64,000 nt of DNA from Parvularia atlantis. Its lineage: Eukaryota. The DNA lies in the NCBI GenBank assembly GCA_943704415.1, contig CALSCO010001030.1:1-64000 (forward strand), given 5' to 3'. Position numbers and translations under genes: made by a program. Under the pieces are notes generated by a model. It saw nothing but the letters and a program-made list of their open reading frames with translations, searched no databases and was not told the DNA's origin. Of this stretch, positions 1 to 13,398 are shown piece after piece; positions within the stretch are counted from its first letter, which is position 1, and every line of letters begins with the position of its first letter.

Positions 1-828
1 CACCCAAACCCAAAAAAAAAAAAAAAAACGCCGCTGCGCACCGTCGTCGCCGACGTACTCGTCGTCGTCGTCATCATCGTCCTCATCGTCGTAGAACTGG
101 GTCGCTCTGCGCCCGCCCCATCGCACGTCAGGACGCCACACGCCGCAGCAAGGCTGCGCACTCGTCGTCCGAGTTGTCCTCGTCGTCGTCGTGCTCATGG
201 TCGTGGTCCATGTAGTCGTCAAACTCGTCGTACGGCACCGGCGGCGGTGGCGGCAGGAAGTAGCCCGTCAGGTGCACGACGCTGCGCGGTGCCGCACGCG
301 CGGGCGTCAGTCTGGGCGCACGCACAGCCGGCGCGCGCGCACTTGTTGCCGGTCACGCTAAACACGACCGACTGACCCTCGCTGAAGTGCACCTTGAGCG
401 ACACGTTCTCGAACTTGCCCGGGGTGAGGCTGGTACGTGCACGCGCGCTCAGGCCGGGCAGCACGGGCGGCGCCCGTCGCTCGCGCACCTGGCCAGCACA
501 AACTCGGTCTTCTCGACCGTGGCGACGACGCACGAGCGCTCATGGCCGCTGAGCTGCGTGCCGAAGGTGGCCTGCGCGAAGCCGTGTCAGGCGCACGCGT
601 ACGCGCACGCTCGGCCCGCCGCACGTTGGTGACGCAGAACGGGCTCTCGACCGTCTGCTGGTAGGCCTCGTTCGGCTTGAGCTCGAGGCCTTGGGACGGT
701 CTTAGATCTCGGCGGACGGGCAAGCGGGCGGGGCGGCGCTCACCCCAGAAGCCCTCGAGTGCCATGCCCTCGTCGCTGTCGTCGTCATCGGGGCCGAACC
801 CGTCGGGCGACCCGTACACATCGGTCAT
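1..828 (-). CDS. Nucleoplasmin-like (NPL) domain acidic protein, FKBP39/Fpr3/HD2-type N-terminus; runs off the window's left edge
   Basis: Spliced: MTDVYG...MALEGFWG/LELKPNEAYQQTVESPFCVTN/.../SLTPGKFENVSLKVHFSEGQSVVFSVTGN/SVVHLTGYFL, followed by D/E tracts. FWG...V.HL.GY is the NPL pattern. Confidence 0.75.
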
Positions 829-909
829 CGTGCGGGCGAGAGCAGCAGCTTGAGAACGAGGAGAGGAAGTGGCGCGCCACGTGGCTGTGCACGTGTTTGA
901 TGACAGGCA

Positions 910-2413
910 ATGGCGGCGACGATGCGCGTCCTCGACCGCGCGTTTGACGAACTCGACCTGTGCGCTGCTGCCGCCCGCGTGCGTGGCGGGCTGCTGAAGC
1001 GTGCGCGAACGCAGCGACGAGGTTGGCTTTGCCATGGACGACGCGCCGGGCCCGGGCAGCGAGCCGTACGCGCCGTTCGTCGTGCGCGAGGGCACCAAGC
1101 TCGGCATCCCTTTCGGTGCGGCGAGCGCAACGCGCGCGCGGGACGGCCGGCCGGCTGAGTAGCGCGCAGACCTCGTGGGTGAGCTGTACCCGTACGCACT
1201 CGCGAGGCTACTGGAGGCTGTGCGCGCGGGGACAGTCGACGCCGCGGCGATGAGCCACGCGCGCGCGCTGCTGCTCGTCAACGGCGACCTGCTGGTGGCG
1301 TGGAACGTGCGGTGCGCGTGCGCGTGCAGAGCTGCAGCTGCTTGTCTGATCTGTGTGACATGGAGATAGCAAGCAGCGCCTGCTGGCTGCGGCGACGGAC
1401 GACGACTGGCTGCGCGAGCGCGCGCTCGTCGACCTCGTTTTCACTAAGCACCCGAAGATGCAGGAGGCGTGGAATCACCGGTGCGGGGCGCCCGCGTGCG
1501 CGTCTCGAAACGTTGCTCACGCGTGGTTTGTCCAGACGCCTCGTACTGCAGCGCCTGCTGGCCGGGCGGGCGGCGAGCGGCGACGGTGGGCGGGCAGTGC
1601 TGCAGGTGGCTGCCTGTGTTGTTCGGGCGCGCGCGGCGCTGCTGACCGTGCGCGACCGCCACAGCACGAGCTGCGCGTGTGTGAGCGTGTGTGCGACGTC
1701 TACCCGAAGAACTACATGGCGTGGACGCACCGTCTGCACGTTCTGCACCGCATCGCGGCGGGCGGGCACGACAACGTGCGTGCCGTGCCGAGCGCGTGGG
1801 CTGCGCGGCCGTGCTGACCGCCGCCTGCCAGCTGCTGCTCGGCGAGCTGGCGTTCAGCGAGCGCTGGGTGCCCGGCCACCTGAGCGACCACGCGCTCGTG
1901 CACTACCGCGAGCAGACGCTGCTTATACGCACGCTGGCACTGCTCGGCGCGCGGGCCGCCGCCGACGACCTGCGTAACCCATGGCAAGAGTTGGACGCGC
2001 TCAGCCGCGAGGCACGAGCACCCGCGGCAGACGTGCTGGCCGCCGTGCGAGAGCTGTGGCGCGGCGCCTGGGCGCTGTCGACGCGGGTGCGTTGGCACTG
2101 TGAGCGCGGGCTGCGCCTGACGCGACGCAGACGTTGGAGGACTACCCGGGCCACGAGGCGCAGTGGGCGCACCGTCGCTTCCTGGCGCGGAGCAGCCGCC
2201 TGCTCGCGCGCATCGGGGCCAACCCGCACGAGGCGCCGGGGTGGGCCGGTGGGCGGCTGCTGCTTGCTTCGCATGTGCCGTCGCTGACGATGCTCGGCAG
2301 ACGACGAGGCAGCCTGGCTGCAGGCGCTGCTTGGCGACCCGGCGCACACGGCGTCGTACGCCCAGCAGCGTCGCTGGGCGCTGTCGTACGGGAGTCACTT
2401 GGTTGCACTGTGA
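910..2413 (+). CDS. PTAR1: Protein prenyltransferase alpha-subunit repeat protein (PTAR1-like), multi-exon
   Basis: PPTA-like repeats: ALLLVNGDLLVAWNVR, LVFTKHPKMQEAWNHR, VCDVYPKNYMAWTHR, HLSDHALVHYR, YPGHEAQWAHRRFL; stop TGA at 2411-2413. Confidence 0.75.
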
Positions 2414-2434
2414 AAAGATTTCACCGGACGAAAG

Positions 2435-3000
2435 ATGGGCCGCAGCGTGCAGGCCCCGCGCGACGGCGACGCCACGCAGTCAAAGACGCAGAAGAAGAAG
2501 GCGGCCAAGGCGGCCAAGAAGGCGGCGGCCAAGAAGGCCGCGAAGAAGAGCACGGCGGATGCGGCGGATGCGGCGGATGCGGCTGTGGATGCAGGTGAGG
2601 CCGCGGCGGCCGGGCAGACGCAGCTGGCCTACCTGCGCACGTGGAAGACCGCGCGCGACACGTGGAAGTTCAACAAAAAGGACCAGACGTGGCTGCTCAA
2701 GCACGCACTCGATCAGAGCAAGGCACGTCTGTGCCTGCGACCGCGCAAGCGCTTGACGCGCGGCCACAGGTGCCCGATGACGACTTTGACACGCTGCTCG
2801 AGTACGTCGACAGCCTGCGCGGCTCGTCGCGCAACGTATGTGGGGGGCCGTGCCTGCCGCCGCCGCCGCGTCCTGACTGTGCGGGGATGCAGATAACGCT
2901 CGACCAGGCCCGCATGGCGCTCAACGCTGAGGACGACGATAATGACGCGGCCACGACACGCCGCGCGCGCGCCGCGCAGCTGGTGAAGGTCCTTGAGTGA
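2435..3000 (+). CDS. WKF-domain protein (C7orf50-like)
   Basis: Lys-rich N-terminus, then YLRTWKTARDTWKFNKKDQTWLLKH/VPDDDFDTLLEYVDSLRGSSR; ends RARAAQLVKVLE*. Confidence 0.85.
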
Positions 3001-3054
3001 ACGAGCTGCCCACCACGCGCAACAGACGAGACACAGACACGCAGTCGCGCTCGC

Positions 3055-3939
3055 TCATCGCACGGGCGCGCCCACGGCCGCCGGCTGTGCCTGGCCGGCC
3101 GGCGCGCCGCTCTTGAGCTGCGTCTCAAACGCGGCGATGGCGGGCGGCACTGCGGGCGCACGACTGCTGAGCCGGGCCGATGTCAGCGCGCGCGCGCGCC
3201 GGCGCACCGATCGCCTTGAACGACTCGGCCGCCTGCTCGGCGTAGTGGCTGCGGCGCGCAGCCAGGCCCGCCGCGATCTCGACCGTGCAGGCCGTCTGCG
3301 AGACGGCGACGTGCGTGCGATCGGGCCCGCCGGAGCGGAAGACGAGCGTGACGTTGGCCTTGCGCCGGCGGTCCTCTGTACTCCACGCAACGTCAGGCGC
3401 GCGTGCTTGGTTTGTGGCGCACAGACCGCCGAGCAGGTTGACGACGTAGACGAGCTTGCTGTTGGGCACGATCTGGTCGAGGAACACCTGGTACGTGTGC
3501 CGCTGGCCCTCGTGCTGCAGCTGCACGCCGTACAGCGCGCCCGTCTGGCGCGGATGCGCGCGTAAGACCGGCGCGCGGGGGATGCGATGCGGCGCGCGAT
3601 CGCACGGTCTGCGGAGCGCCCGTGTTGAGCGTGCTCGTGGCCGCGCCCGGCCCGAGCAGCTTGCCCACGAGGCACGTCTCGGCGGCCCGCGCAAAGACGG
3701 TCTCGAGCGGCCCGCCGACCGTGCTCTGCGTGCGGCCGGGGTCGTCAGTCGCGGTGCGAATCGCAAGATAGGACTGACCTCGACGGTCGCGTCCGGCACG
3801 CGGATCTCGTACGATGCGCCGCACACGCTGCGGCACACCTGCGCTCGGCGTGCGCGCGCGCGCGACACGTCAAGGGTGCGATGGCAGACCCGGCGGCACG
3901 CACAGGGCACCAGACGATGTCGACGCCCGCGCAGCACAT
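3055..3939 (-). CDS. Hypothetical protein, possibly an SRPBCC/Aha1-C-like fold
   Basis: Consistent spliced frame MCCAGVDIVWCP/VCRSVCGASYEIRVPDATVE/STVGGPLETVF...TYQVFLDQIVPNSKLVY...ANVTLVFRSGGPDRTHVAVSQ. The fold call is a weak resemblance only; both ends are approximate. Confidence 0.45.
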
Positions 3940-3980
3940 ATCGAGCTTAGCGCAGAAAGCGCAAGCAGTCTGAACATATT

Positions 3981-5541
3981 ATGGCAACAACCGCGCGCGC
4001 GAGGTCGTCCGGCTCCGCGACCTTCTTCGTCGCTGCGTCGACCGCGGCAGCGTCGGTGTCGGCGTCGGCAGCCGCAGCGTCACCCGGTGCGGAGCCCGCC
4101 GCGCAGCCGGAGCCGCTCGGGCGGCGCGGGCGCGTGCCGTCGCTGCCGATGCTGGTGCGCGCTCCGACGTCAGGCTTGGAAGGCCGCTGCTGAGGCGCGG
4201 CTGCGCAGGCGGCCGCCGAGCGCGATCTGCTCGTGCACTACGTCGCGAAGGACTACCACCGGCGCCTGCGCGTGGTCAACAACATGCTTGTGGCGGTGCC
4301 GCACGCCCGCGCGCCCCCGCACGGCCCGCCGCAGACTCACGACTCGGCTCGCGCTTGGCCAGGACGCGATCGCGCTGTGCGTGCAGAAGCTCGGCTGCCC
4401 GGACCGCGACTACGACGTGCCCGCGCACGAGCAATACGGCCTGTACGTGCCGTCGACGGTGTGTGTGTGTGTGTGTGTGTGTCGTGGCGTGTGGCGTCGT
4501 GTTGCCACGGTCTGAGCACGCGACGAGCGCAGGGCCAGTGGGTCGACGCGTCGCGCGGCAGCGACCTCTTTGGCGTGACGGACAAGGTGCTGCGCAAAGC
4601 ATGCCGTCACCCAGCTAACGATGGCGGGCCGGCGACGCACAGGAGGAGCTGCAGTTGCACAACCGCGCTGACCCGATCAAGCTGCCGGCAGTGCGCGACA
4701 CTCAGTTGCGCCCGGCACGCAGGCGCTCACCCGCCCGGCAGACGGTGGCAGCGCGCTCGCACTACGCCGAAGGCTGGCTGCACAAGCAGGGCCCGCACTC
4801 GACGGCGTGGCAGCCGCGCTTCTTTGTGCTGATCAACCACACGCTGACCTATTACAAGCGCAAGCCGGTGCGCGAGGCGCTCACGGCGGCCGGCACACGT
4901 GTGCGCACTAACGGTGGCGCTGCCTGACGCAGCGCGACTGCGCCGGCGAGGAGCCGCCCGCGGGCGAGATCGACCTGACGGCCGCGTTCGAGTTTGGTGT
5001 GTCGCCGATGTGCGCGTGCGTGGCCCGTCAGCAGGCATCGGCCAACGTCTCACGCGGCTGGCGAGCGCAGTCAGGAGATGCGCGGGTCCATGGAGGACTT
5101 TGCGTTCCACCTCACAAAGCCGCACCGGATATACTACCTGTGCGCGGCCAACTCGGCGGTGCGCACGCGCAGCTGTCTCGGCTGGGGCGCGGGCGTGACC
5201 CGCACGTATTGCGCGCAGGACCTGTCGCACTGGCTGCGCATCCTGCGCCAGCTGCAGGCCGAGCTGCAGGACATGATCCTGTCGGACGGTACGGACGACG
5301 AGGAGTTCTCGTCCAAGGTGTACGAGCCGCACGGTGCGCCGTCAGCCTTGTCGCGCCGGCCTGCTGAGCGCGTGCATCGCCTCGTAGCCGCGCACCACGC
5401 CGGCCTGCCAGACGGTGATAAGGCCGGGTATCTGCTCAAGCGCGGGCGCGCGACCAACATCTGGAAGGGGCGCTGGTTCGTCCTGAAGGACAAGGTGCTG
5501 CAGTACTACAAGGTCTGTCGCCCACACAGTCGCACGCACCG

Positions 5542-5618
<77 letters not shown>

Positions 5619-6458
5619 GCACACGCTCACGCACCCCAGGGCACGCGCGCCAAGGGCTACATCAACCTCGCAAACGGCCAGATCTTCCACTACGGGCCGG
5701 TGCGGCGCGCGGCACGGGGCGTTGTGGGCTCAAACGGACCCCGCGCGCGCGCTGCAAGACCAACTTGCGGCGCCAGCGCACGTTCAAGATCGTCGCCAGC
5801 CACCGCACCTACTTCCTCAAGGCGTGCGACCAGCACGAGTTTGACGACTGGTGCGTGTTGACGATGACGACTTGCGCGCGCACGGCTGAGACGCGGTGCA
5901 GGTCCAAGGCGTTTGAGTTTGTCGCCGGCATCCCCGTGGCGCTGCGCGACGCCGACGAGGCGCGCGAGGACGGCGACGAGGGCGAGTTCGCGGCGCACCC
6001 GGCAGCCGGGCTAGACGCAAGCACGAGCCACGAGGGGTACGTGATGAAGCAGGGCAACAACGTGATCAACGACTGGCGCCGGCGGTACCTCGTGCTGCGC
6101 GACGCGACGCTGCTCTACCGCAAGTTCCCGGACGTGCGTGCGCGTCTGACCAAGCAGCGCGGGAGGCTGACGCTGCGCTGGCTGGTGACAGAGCAAGGCT
6201 GTGCTCGGGAGCATCCCGCTGAGCGCGTGCACGCTGCACGAGGACGCGAGCGCCAAGGTGCGCGACCTCGTGCCGTCCCACGCCGTGCGATCGCTGACGC
6301 ACAGCGGTGTGCCGCAGACGCGCCGGCCGCACACGTTCGAGCTCGACGTGAGCCACCGTCAGTACTACTTCCAGGCGGCGAGCGAGCACGATCGGCAGAC
6401 CTGGGCGGCCAAGCTGCGGCCCTTTGTCGCGCACAGCGTGGCGCCGCCGCCCTCGTAG
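3981..6458 (+). CDS. Protein with three PH domains and an N-terminal ubiquitin-like (talin F0-like) segment
   Basis: PH starts EGWLHKQGPHSTAWQPRFFVL, KAGYLLKRGRATNIWKGRWFVLKDKVLQYYK and EGYVMKQGNNVINDWRRRYLVL, each with a C-terminal Trp helix. Confidence 0.85.
4459..4482. repeat. (GT)12 microsatellite starting at an intron donor
   Basis: gtgtgt... run read directly. Confidence 0.95.
5544..5616. repeat. (CT)n microsatellite, intronic
   Basis: About 36 CT units inside an intron of the PH gene. The 'SLSLSL' in the ORF track is an artefact of it. Confidence 0.95.
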
Positions 6459-6530
6459 CCTCATCGCGCGGGCTTCTTTCTTTGTTTACGGGACTGCTTC
6501 TTGCCAGCCCCCACGCAGCCGCGCGTCGGC

Positions 6531-7858
6531 TCAGAGCAGGAAGGGGATATAGGCGCGGCGGCCGGCCGGGTATTCGCCCTTGAACTTGTCCAGGTACCAC
6601 TTGTGGTTCGAGAGCGCGCGCGGCATGAGGTTGGCAACGGTAAAGACGAAGAACGCGACCTGCACGCGCGCACACGGTTGTCGGCCGGACGGGCGCACAC
6701 CGCGCCGCGTGCGCACCGACGGGAAGGCAAAGTCGGTCGCGATCATGTAGCCCAGCCACTCGACCGTCTCGGCGGTGTAGTTGGCCGCCGTGACGTACTC
6801 AAACAGCCCGCCGCGCGGGATGTGGTAGCCCGTGTCGCCAGGCCTGCGCAGGCCGCGGAGGACTACGAGGCGGGCGGCGAGCGTCAGCGGCGGCGTACCT
6901 GGCGACGGCGCGGCCCTGGCACGCACTGCTGTCGGCCTGGATGTTGGCCAGGAAGCCAAACAGGAACAGCGCCGCGCCGAGCAGGAACTGCGGGTGCGTC
7001 AGCCACGTGTCGTCGTACGTCTTGATGTTGCCGAACCAGCGACCTGGCGCGCAGCGCGTCACACACCCGCTCGCTCGACGTGCACGCGCGCTTACGGACG
7101 GCCGCACCGTGCATGTAGCCGTTGACCGTGCACCACGCAAACGCCATGAAGAACACGAAGAACGGCGTCGGCTTGGCGCCCTTCATCTGCAGCGGGTAGA
7201 TGAGCGCCCTGCGCGGGCACGGCAGTCAGCAGCGCGCACAACAGCAGTAGTAGCGGGCGTGCGCGCGCGTGCCGGTTGGCGTAGTGCAGCAGCAGCATGC
7301 CCAGCAGCACCTGGTTGGCCGCGTGACCGAGCACGGCCGGGTTGGCCGACGTGAACACGAGCGCGCCCGCGACGACGAGCACGGGCACCTCCTGCAGTCT
7401 ACATCGGGCACGGGCTCAGATTACAGCAGCGCGTGGCACAGGCAGGTGGCGCGCACAGCCAGGCGAGGCGGCCGGGCACATCCGGGCCGAAGAGCGACTT
7501 GAGGCCGGTGTGGCGGCCGTACGGCGCCGTCACAAACTGCAGGACTGCAGGCGGGCGGCGTGCAGTGAGCGCGCACGTGCACACGCACAGACGGCAGGGC
7601 AGCGCGGCGCACTCAGCACGATCAGCACCGAGAGGACGAGCGTGCCGTCGGCCAGGCCAAGCATGAAGCCGCGCTCGACCGGGCCGATGGTCGTCGGGTC
7701 GCGGCGGTACTCGGCCCACAGCTGCGCGGCGTAAGCACGATGGGGCGCATGTGGGCGGCGGGGCCGCGCACCGCCGCAAAGTCCGGCACGAGCGCGCCGA
7801 GGCCCTGCGCGCGCACGAGATCGAGGCGCTCCAGGAACCGATCCGCAACGGCCGTCAT
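6531..7858 (-). CDS. 3-oxo-5-alpha-steroid 4-dehydrogenase (SRD5A/DET2 family)
   Basis: APYGRH, AWL/LQEVP, HYANR/ALIYP, NIQADS/.LRGLRRPGDTGYHIPRGGLFEYVTAANYTAETVEWLG, ANLMPRALSNHKWYLDKF...YP..RRAYIPFLL*. Confidence 0.92.
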
Positions 7859-7879
7859 CGTTCTCGAACTTAGATAGCG

Positions 7880-8971
7880 ATGGGCGCGACAAGACGGGCG
7901 TCGTCAGCGCGCGCGCTTGGGTCTGGCGGCGGCGTGGGGCCGGGCGGGTCAGCGACATCGATCGGGCTCGGGAGCAGCGAGCACGGTGAGTCGGCCGCGG
8001 ACACGAGGGACGGCGCAGCGGACGCGGGAGGCGCGCACGAGACCGGCGTCGTAGCGAGCGTTGTGCAGCGCATGACCGGCGTGCTCGAGCGCCTGACGAC
8101 GCTGCCGCCCGTGTGGCTCATGCGCTCGGTGGCGGTGATACAGCTCGTGCGTGCGCACTTCTCGCGCGATGCGGCGGACGAAGGCTGACCGCCATCGGTC
8201 CTGCTGCAGCTCGCGTGCGCCATCCTCAGCCTGTACTGCCTCTTCATCGGCCGGCGGTTCGCGCTCGTCGACTCGGCGACGTACTACATCGCGCTGGCGC
8301 CGCTCGTTGTCGCCGTGATGTACGCCGTGCGCCTGCCCGAGCCGGACGTGAGACGAGTGCGCATTGTGGCACTGGTGCGACCGGGGGCAGCACAGGGGGC
8401 CTCACGGCCGCGCGACTGACGGGCAGGGCGCCCAGTTCATCGCCGTGACGATGCTGACGGGCCTGCTCTCGTCGTTCTTCTTCATGGTCAAGGCGAACGA
8501 GGTCGAGATCCTGCGCCGCGAGTGCTCGCTCACGGTCATGATGCCGCTCGCACGCTACTCGTGTGCGTCAGCACCGCGCGTGAGCGCCGCACCCATCGCA
8601 TCCGCACGCTAACGCGCCACTTCCCGCACAGCGGCCGACTGTGCGCGCATGCTCGCCGACGAGACCGGCTGCGTCGTGCGCAGCGCCATCTTCATCGTTG
8701 TGCAGGCACGCGCACAGCGCGCGGCCGATCGCCGCCGTCCCACCGCCGCCTGACCGCCGCCACCACGGCTGCGCGCGCGCCCGCGCAGATTTGCGGCATC
8801 CACCCGGCCGTGTCGTACCTGATCGAGACGCTGCGACAGCGCGAGCAGCTGCAGGTGCGCCGCGCGCCGCCCCGCAGCACGACCGCGCTCACCCGCACCC
8901 GCCCGGTCCCGCAGCAGTCCCGCAGCAGCAGCACCGGCACCACCACCAGCACAGACAGCGCAAGACAATGA
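7880..8971 (+). CDS. Hypothetical multi-pass membrane protein
   Basis: Hydrophobic exons LACAILSLYCLFIG, YYIALAPLVVAVMYAV and FIAVTMLTGLLSSFFFMV, with regular short introns. Confidence 0.55.
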
Positions 8972-9018
8972 GACCGCCACTTGTGTGACACAACGCAAAG
9001 GCCACGTGGCGCTGCTCG

Positions 9019-10594
9019 ATGGCCGGCGCAGCGGCGGCGGGCGAGGACGGGCGCATGCTGCGCGTGTCGTTTGTGACGCAGCAGGCCGAGCTGCGCGTGA
9101 CCGACGCGCCTATCGCCGTGCCGGTGCAGCTGCGCCGCTACGGCCTGAGCGAGATCGTCAACCACCTGCTCGGCCGCGCCGACAAGCCCGTCCCGTTCGA
9201 CTTCCTCGTCAATGGCGAGCTCCTGCGCACGACCCTCGCCGGCTACCTCGAGCGGCACCAGCTCGGCACCGAGGCCGTGCTCACGCTCGAGTACATCCAG
9301 TCCGTGCCGCCGCCGCAGCCCCGCCCGGCCTTGTCGCACGACGACTGGGTCGGCGCCGTGCACGCGGGCGAGAGGTGCGCGGCGCGCGCGCTCGTGTCGC
9401 CGCTGCTGCTCAGCCCACCGTTGCCGTGCAGCCTCGTCGTCTCGGCCTCGTACGACAGCCACGTGCGCGTGTGGGACTACGGCGGCACCTGCCGCGCCGT
9501 GCTCGCGGGCCACGCGCGCCCCGTGCGCGCCGTGCGCTGGGTTGGCAAGGCGCACTGTCTAAGCGCCGGCGACGACGACAGCGTCAAGCTGTGGCGGGTG
9601 CGCGGGGCGAATCGGGCGTGCGGGACAGTGTACTGACCGCGCGCGCGGGGTGCGGGCAGACGGGCGACGACGCCGGCATCGCCTGCGACTTTGTCGGCCA
9701 CACGGGCGCCGTGCACTGCCTCGCCGTGAGCCCGCGCGGCGACCAGGTAGCTTCCCCGGCGCGGTGGCGCGTGCACGTGCGCTCACGCCGGCCCGGTGCA
9801 GTTTGTCAGCGGTGGATGGGACAACGCGCTGCGCCTGTGGCCCGCCCTGCCCGCTGTCGCGACGGCCGACGGCGCGAAGGAAGCATCGACCGACAACCGC
9901 CAGAAGGCCGGCCACAAGCGCGCACGCGTCAACACGCCTGTGCGCGCGGTGCCATCGCAGGTGCACGCCCCCCCCCGATAGGTGTTGGCGGGGGCCAACG
10001 GGCGATCGCAGCACGCGCTCGCCGTGTTTGACGGGCACACGGGGCCCGTTGCGGCCGTCGTCTGGCCATTCGAGACGCGCGTCTTCTCCGGCAGCTGGGA
10101 CCACTCGATCCGCGCGTGGGACACGACAAGCGGCCTGGTGCAGACGACGCTCAGCTGCGGACGCGTCGTCACGAGCCTCGCGTTCTCGCAGGCGGCGCAG
10201 CTGCTCGCGTCCGGGCACGACGACCGCAGCGTGCGCCTGTGGGACCCGCGCATGCAGGGTGCGTGCACGGCAGTGCCTGTGCGCTTGCACTTACACGAGG
10301 CTCACGACGCGAGCAGACGGCGTGGCCGTTAAGCTGCGCCTGGCCTCGCACCAGTCGTGGGTCTCGTCTGTCGCCTGGGCGCCCGAGTCGCCGTTCTACC
10401 TCGCCAGCGGCTCGTACGACCACTCGATCAAGCTGTGGGACGTGCGCACGACCACGCCGCTGCACACGATCGCCGCGCACGACAGCAAGGTGCTCTGCGT
10501 CGACTGGTCGCGCAGCGCGATCGTCTCGGGCGGCGCCGACAACCAGCTCAAGCTGCTCGAGCCGCCCGCACAGCTGGCCCAGGCCGCGGCGTGA
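9019..10594 (+). CDS. WDR12: Ribosome biogenesis protein WDR12/Ytm1 (NLE domain + WD40)
   Basis: PIAVPVQLRRYGLSEIVNHLL...PVPFDFLVNGELLRTTL...TEAVLTLEYI, HDDWV, SGSWDHSIRAWD, LASGSYDHSIKLWDVR. Confidence 0.93.
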
Positions 10595-10638
10595 CTGTGA
10601 TCAGGCTATGAGATTTATGGACACATGCGCCGTGCGCG

Positions 10639-13398
10639 TCACAGGATGCCGCGCTGGCTGTTGTACAGGCTCAGGTTGTAGGCGCGCCCGCGTGCCGGCG
10701 CCGTCCCGGGCGTCCCGCTGCCCGCGGCTGCCGGGCTCTTCATGCTCGGCGGCGGCACGACGCCCACCGAGATCGGCAGGTCGACGGCTGCGGCGCGGCA
10801 GTCAGCACCCTCCCCTGGCAGCGACCACATGGCGCAACGCGCACCGGGCGGGCCCAGGTCAAAGTCGAGGTCGAGGCTGACGCTGGCCTGCTGGCGCGCG
10901 CTCGCCACCGTCGGCGGTGTCGCTGCGCCCGCGATGCTGCACACGGGCGCGTCAAGCGGGCGCTGCGCACACACACACGCGCACGGACACACCTCGGCGA
11001 CGACTTGACTTCCGCTTGCGCTGGCACGGCTGCCGGGCCCGTGAGGCCTGCTTTGCTTGGCTGCCGCACACCAACGCTGCGTCAGCATGGGCGCGCCCCA
11101 TCGCGTGCCTCGCGCACCGACGACGGTGCATCGCGCGGGATGTTGGACACGACAACGCGCCGCCGCTGGAACGGGTTGAACTCGGTGTCCGCCGCGCTCG
11201 CCTTGGTGCCCTGTGAGCACGCGCGCGCGCGGGCGGTCACGACACCGTCCTGCCCGGCTGTGTGTCGGCGGCGCGCGCCTCCTTGTTGGACCAGTCGAGC
11301 TCGATCTGCATCTGCTTCTCGCGGCTGCGACGGTTGAGCTCGGCGAGGTCTGCGAGAGCTGGCGGTCAGCCGTGCTGCGCGTTGCGGCACGCGGGGCGCG
11401 GGGCGCACTAAGAAGGTGCTCGTCGCGCTTGCGCATCTCCTCCGCCGCGAGTTCGTTCAACTCATCCAGCTCGCCTTGCTGTTGCGGCGCATGAGTGCGC
11501 GCGTGCATGCCACCGTGCAGCGCCGCGGGACCGCACCAGCCGCTTAACCTCCTCCGCCTGGTCTTCCTGCACCGCGATCTGGAGCAGCCGCTCGAGCTCG
11601 GCGCGCTCGGTGACCGGGTTGCGCGGCCGGCTGCGGATCTGGGCGGCGGCCACCCGCGCGAATGAGCACGGCAGCGCGCAGGCCAGATGCCCGCACCCGC
11701 GACTTTTCCGCGATCATGAAGCGCTGCTCCTCGGGCGTCATCTCGTGGTCGCGCGCGGCCTTGAGCGTCTCGACCACGGGCTCGAGCGTGCGCGCGTTCG
11801 GAATGCGCTGGTTGCCCGTCTGCAGTGCCTTGATGTACCTGCGCCACGCCCGCGCGTGAGCACGCCGAGCCTGCTGCTGCTGCCGCGAAAAGCGCACGCT
11901 TGCAGCTCGGGCTCGGTGATGGCCATGTTGGACACGAACGACAGCTGGAAGACGCGCTTGGACGCGCCGATGCGCAGCTCGAGCGCGCGCTGCGGCACGA
12001 CGCTCAGCGGTACCCGCGCCACACGCAAAAGACGCAGACACACATCCGTCGGCCGCTTTTCAAACTCGTACGTGCGGTGGTACTTGGTGATGCGCGAGAT
12101 CTGCGCCACGCGGTACGTCTTCTGCTGATTGCTGCCCATGCCGATTTGCACGCTGCAGCGCCGCGTGCGGTCGTCAGCAGCGCCTCTCGCACGCCACGTC
12201 GCTCGCGGCTGCGCACCGCACAAACGCGTCCTTCACAACGTCGCCAAAGTTCGGAAGCCACTGCCACTCGTTCAGCATGATGCGGCTGACTTGAGCCTTG
12301 CGCAGATCCTCCAGCAGCAGCGGCACTGACAGTTGCCGCGTGAGCCCGAGCGGCACAGGCTCGAGCGCCCCATGCACACCTTGTCGCGCCTCATCGGCCG
12401 GCAGCAGCGCCTCCGATGCGTCAACGCTGAACTGGCTGCGCCGTGTCAACCCCTTGTTCTCGTCCTGGCGGCCACCTTCAGGACGCGCGCATGTCTGCAA
12501 GCACGACGCACAATCTCCTTGTCGCGCACCAGCTTCTTGGCCGCGCGCTCGGCCTCCTTGACCTGGCGCTTGGCCTTCTTGTCAATCGACTTTTGCAGCT
12601 GTGCCTTGTGCTCACGCCGCTCGATCTCGCGCGCCTTGCGCTTGAGCGCGAGACTGCAGAACCGTGCGTGAGCGCGGTCGCACGTGGCGCGCCCGTTCCC
12701 CGCCGCACCGCGCCCGCCGCGCCTCGCGCTGCTCGCTGCGCTCGCTCAGGATCTTTTCGCGCTGGATCTCTGTCATGGCCTGCGGCGCGGCGTCGGCCTC
12801 GCTCTGTCCGGCGCCTCGCGCCACTTGCGCCACACCATCAGGTTGGCGCGGTCCTGGGCGTCGCCCATGAGGTCCGGCCCGTAGCCGTCGTTGTCCTCGT
12901 CCTCGTCCTCGTCCTCGTCCGAGCTGCGGCCACGATGCGGTCAATGGGCACGCCCGCGACAGCACGGCGCGGCGCACCTCGCGTCGTTCGACTCCGAGTC
13001 GGACGCGTCGTCGTCGTCGTCGTCGTCGCCCGGCGTGTCCGAGTCTGCGCGCGCATGAGCCTCGTGCGGCAAGCGCACGGACGCACAGCGCCGCACCGGA
13101 CGCGTGGCCCTTGCGCCGCCCGCGCGTCTTCTTCTTGCTGCGGCGCGGCGTCGTGTCTCTATGTCAGCGATCGCCGTGACATACGCGCCACGCCGCACCG
13201 CGCCGACGCCTTTGTGCCGTACTCCTCGTCGTCGTCGTCTGAGTTGCGCGCGGTCTTGCGCGGGCGCTTGCGCGTGATCTTCTTGGCGCTGCACGGCGGC
13301 CGTCCGACGGCGCGTCAGCCGGTGTGCGGCGTGAAGCAGGAGGAGGACGCGCGCCTGTTGAGCACGTCCTCGAGGACGTCGTCGAGGTCGTCGTCCAT
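10639..13398 (-). CDS. RTF1: Paf1 complex subunit RTF1 (Plus3 domain)
   Basis: GYGPDLMGDAQDRANL/MTEIQREKILSER (HMD); Plus3 WLPNFGDVVKDAFVR/VQIGMG...YRVAQI...FQLSFVSN; C-terminus LSLYNSQRGIL*. Confidence 0.9.

Noticed and set aside
1..28. CCCAAACCCAAA followed by poly(A), telomere-like or retro-tail-like
   Set aside because: Only two units, and on the minus strand it follows a GTGCGC donor at about 41, so it is intronic to the NPL gene.
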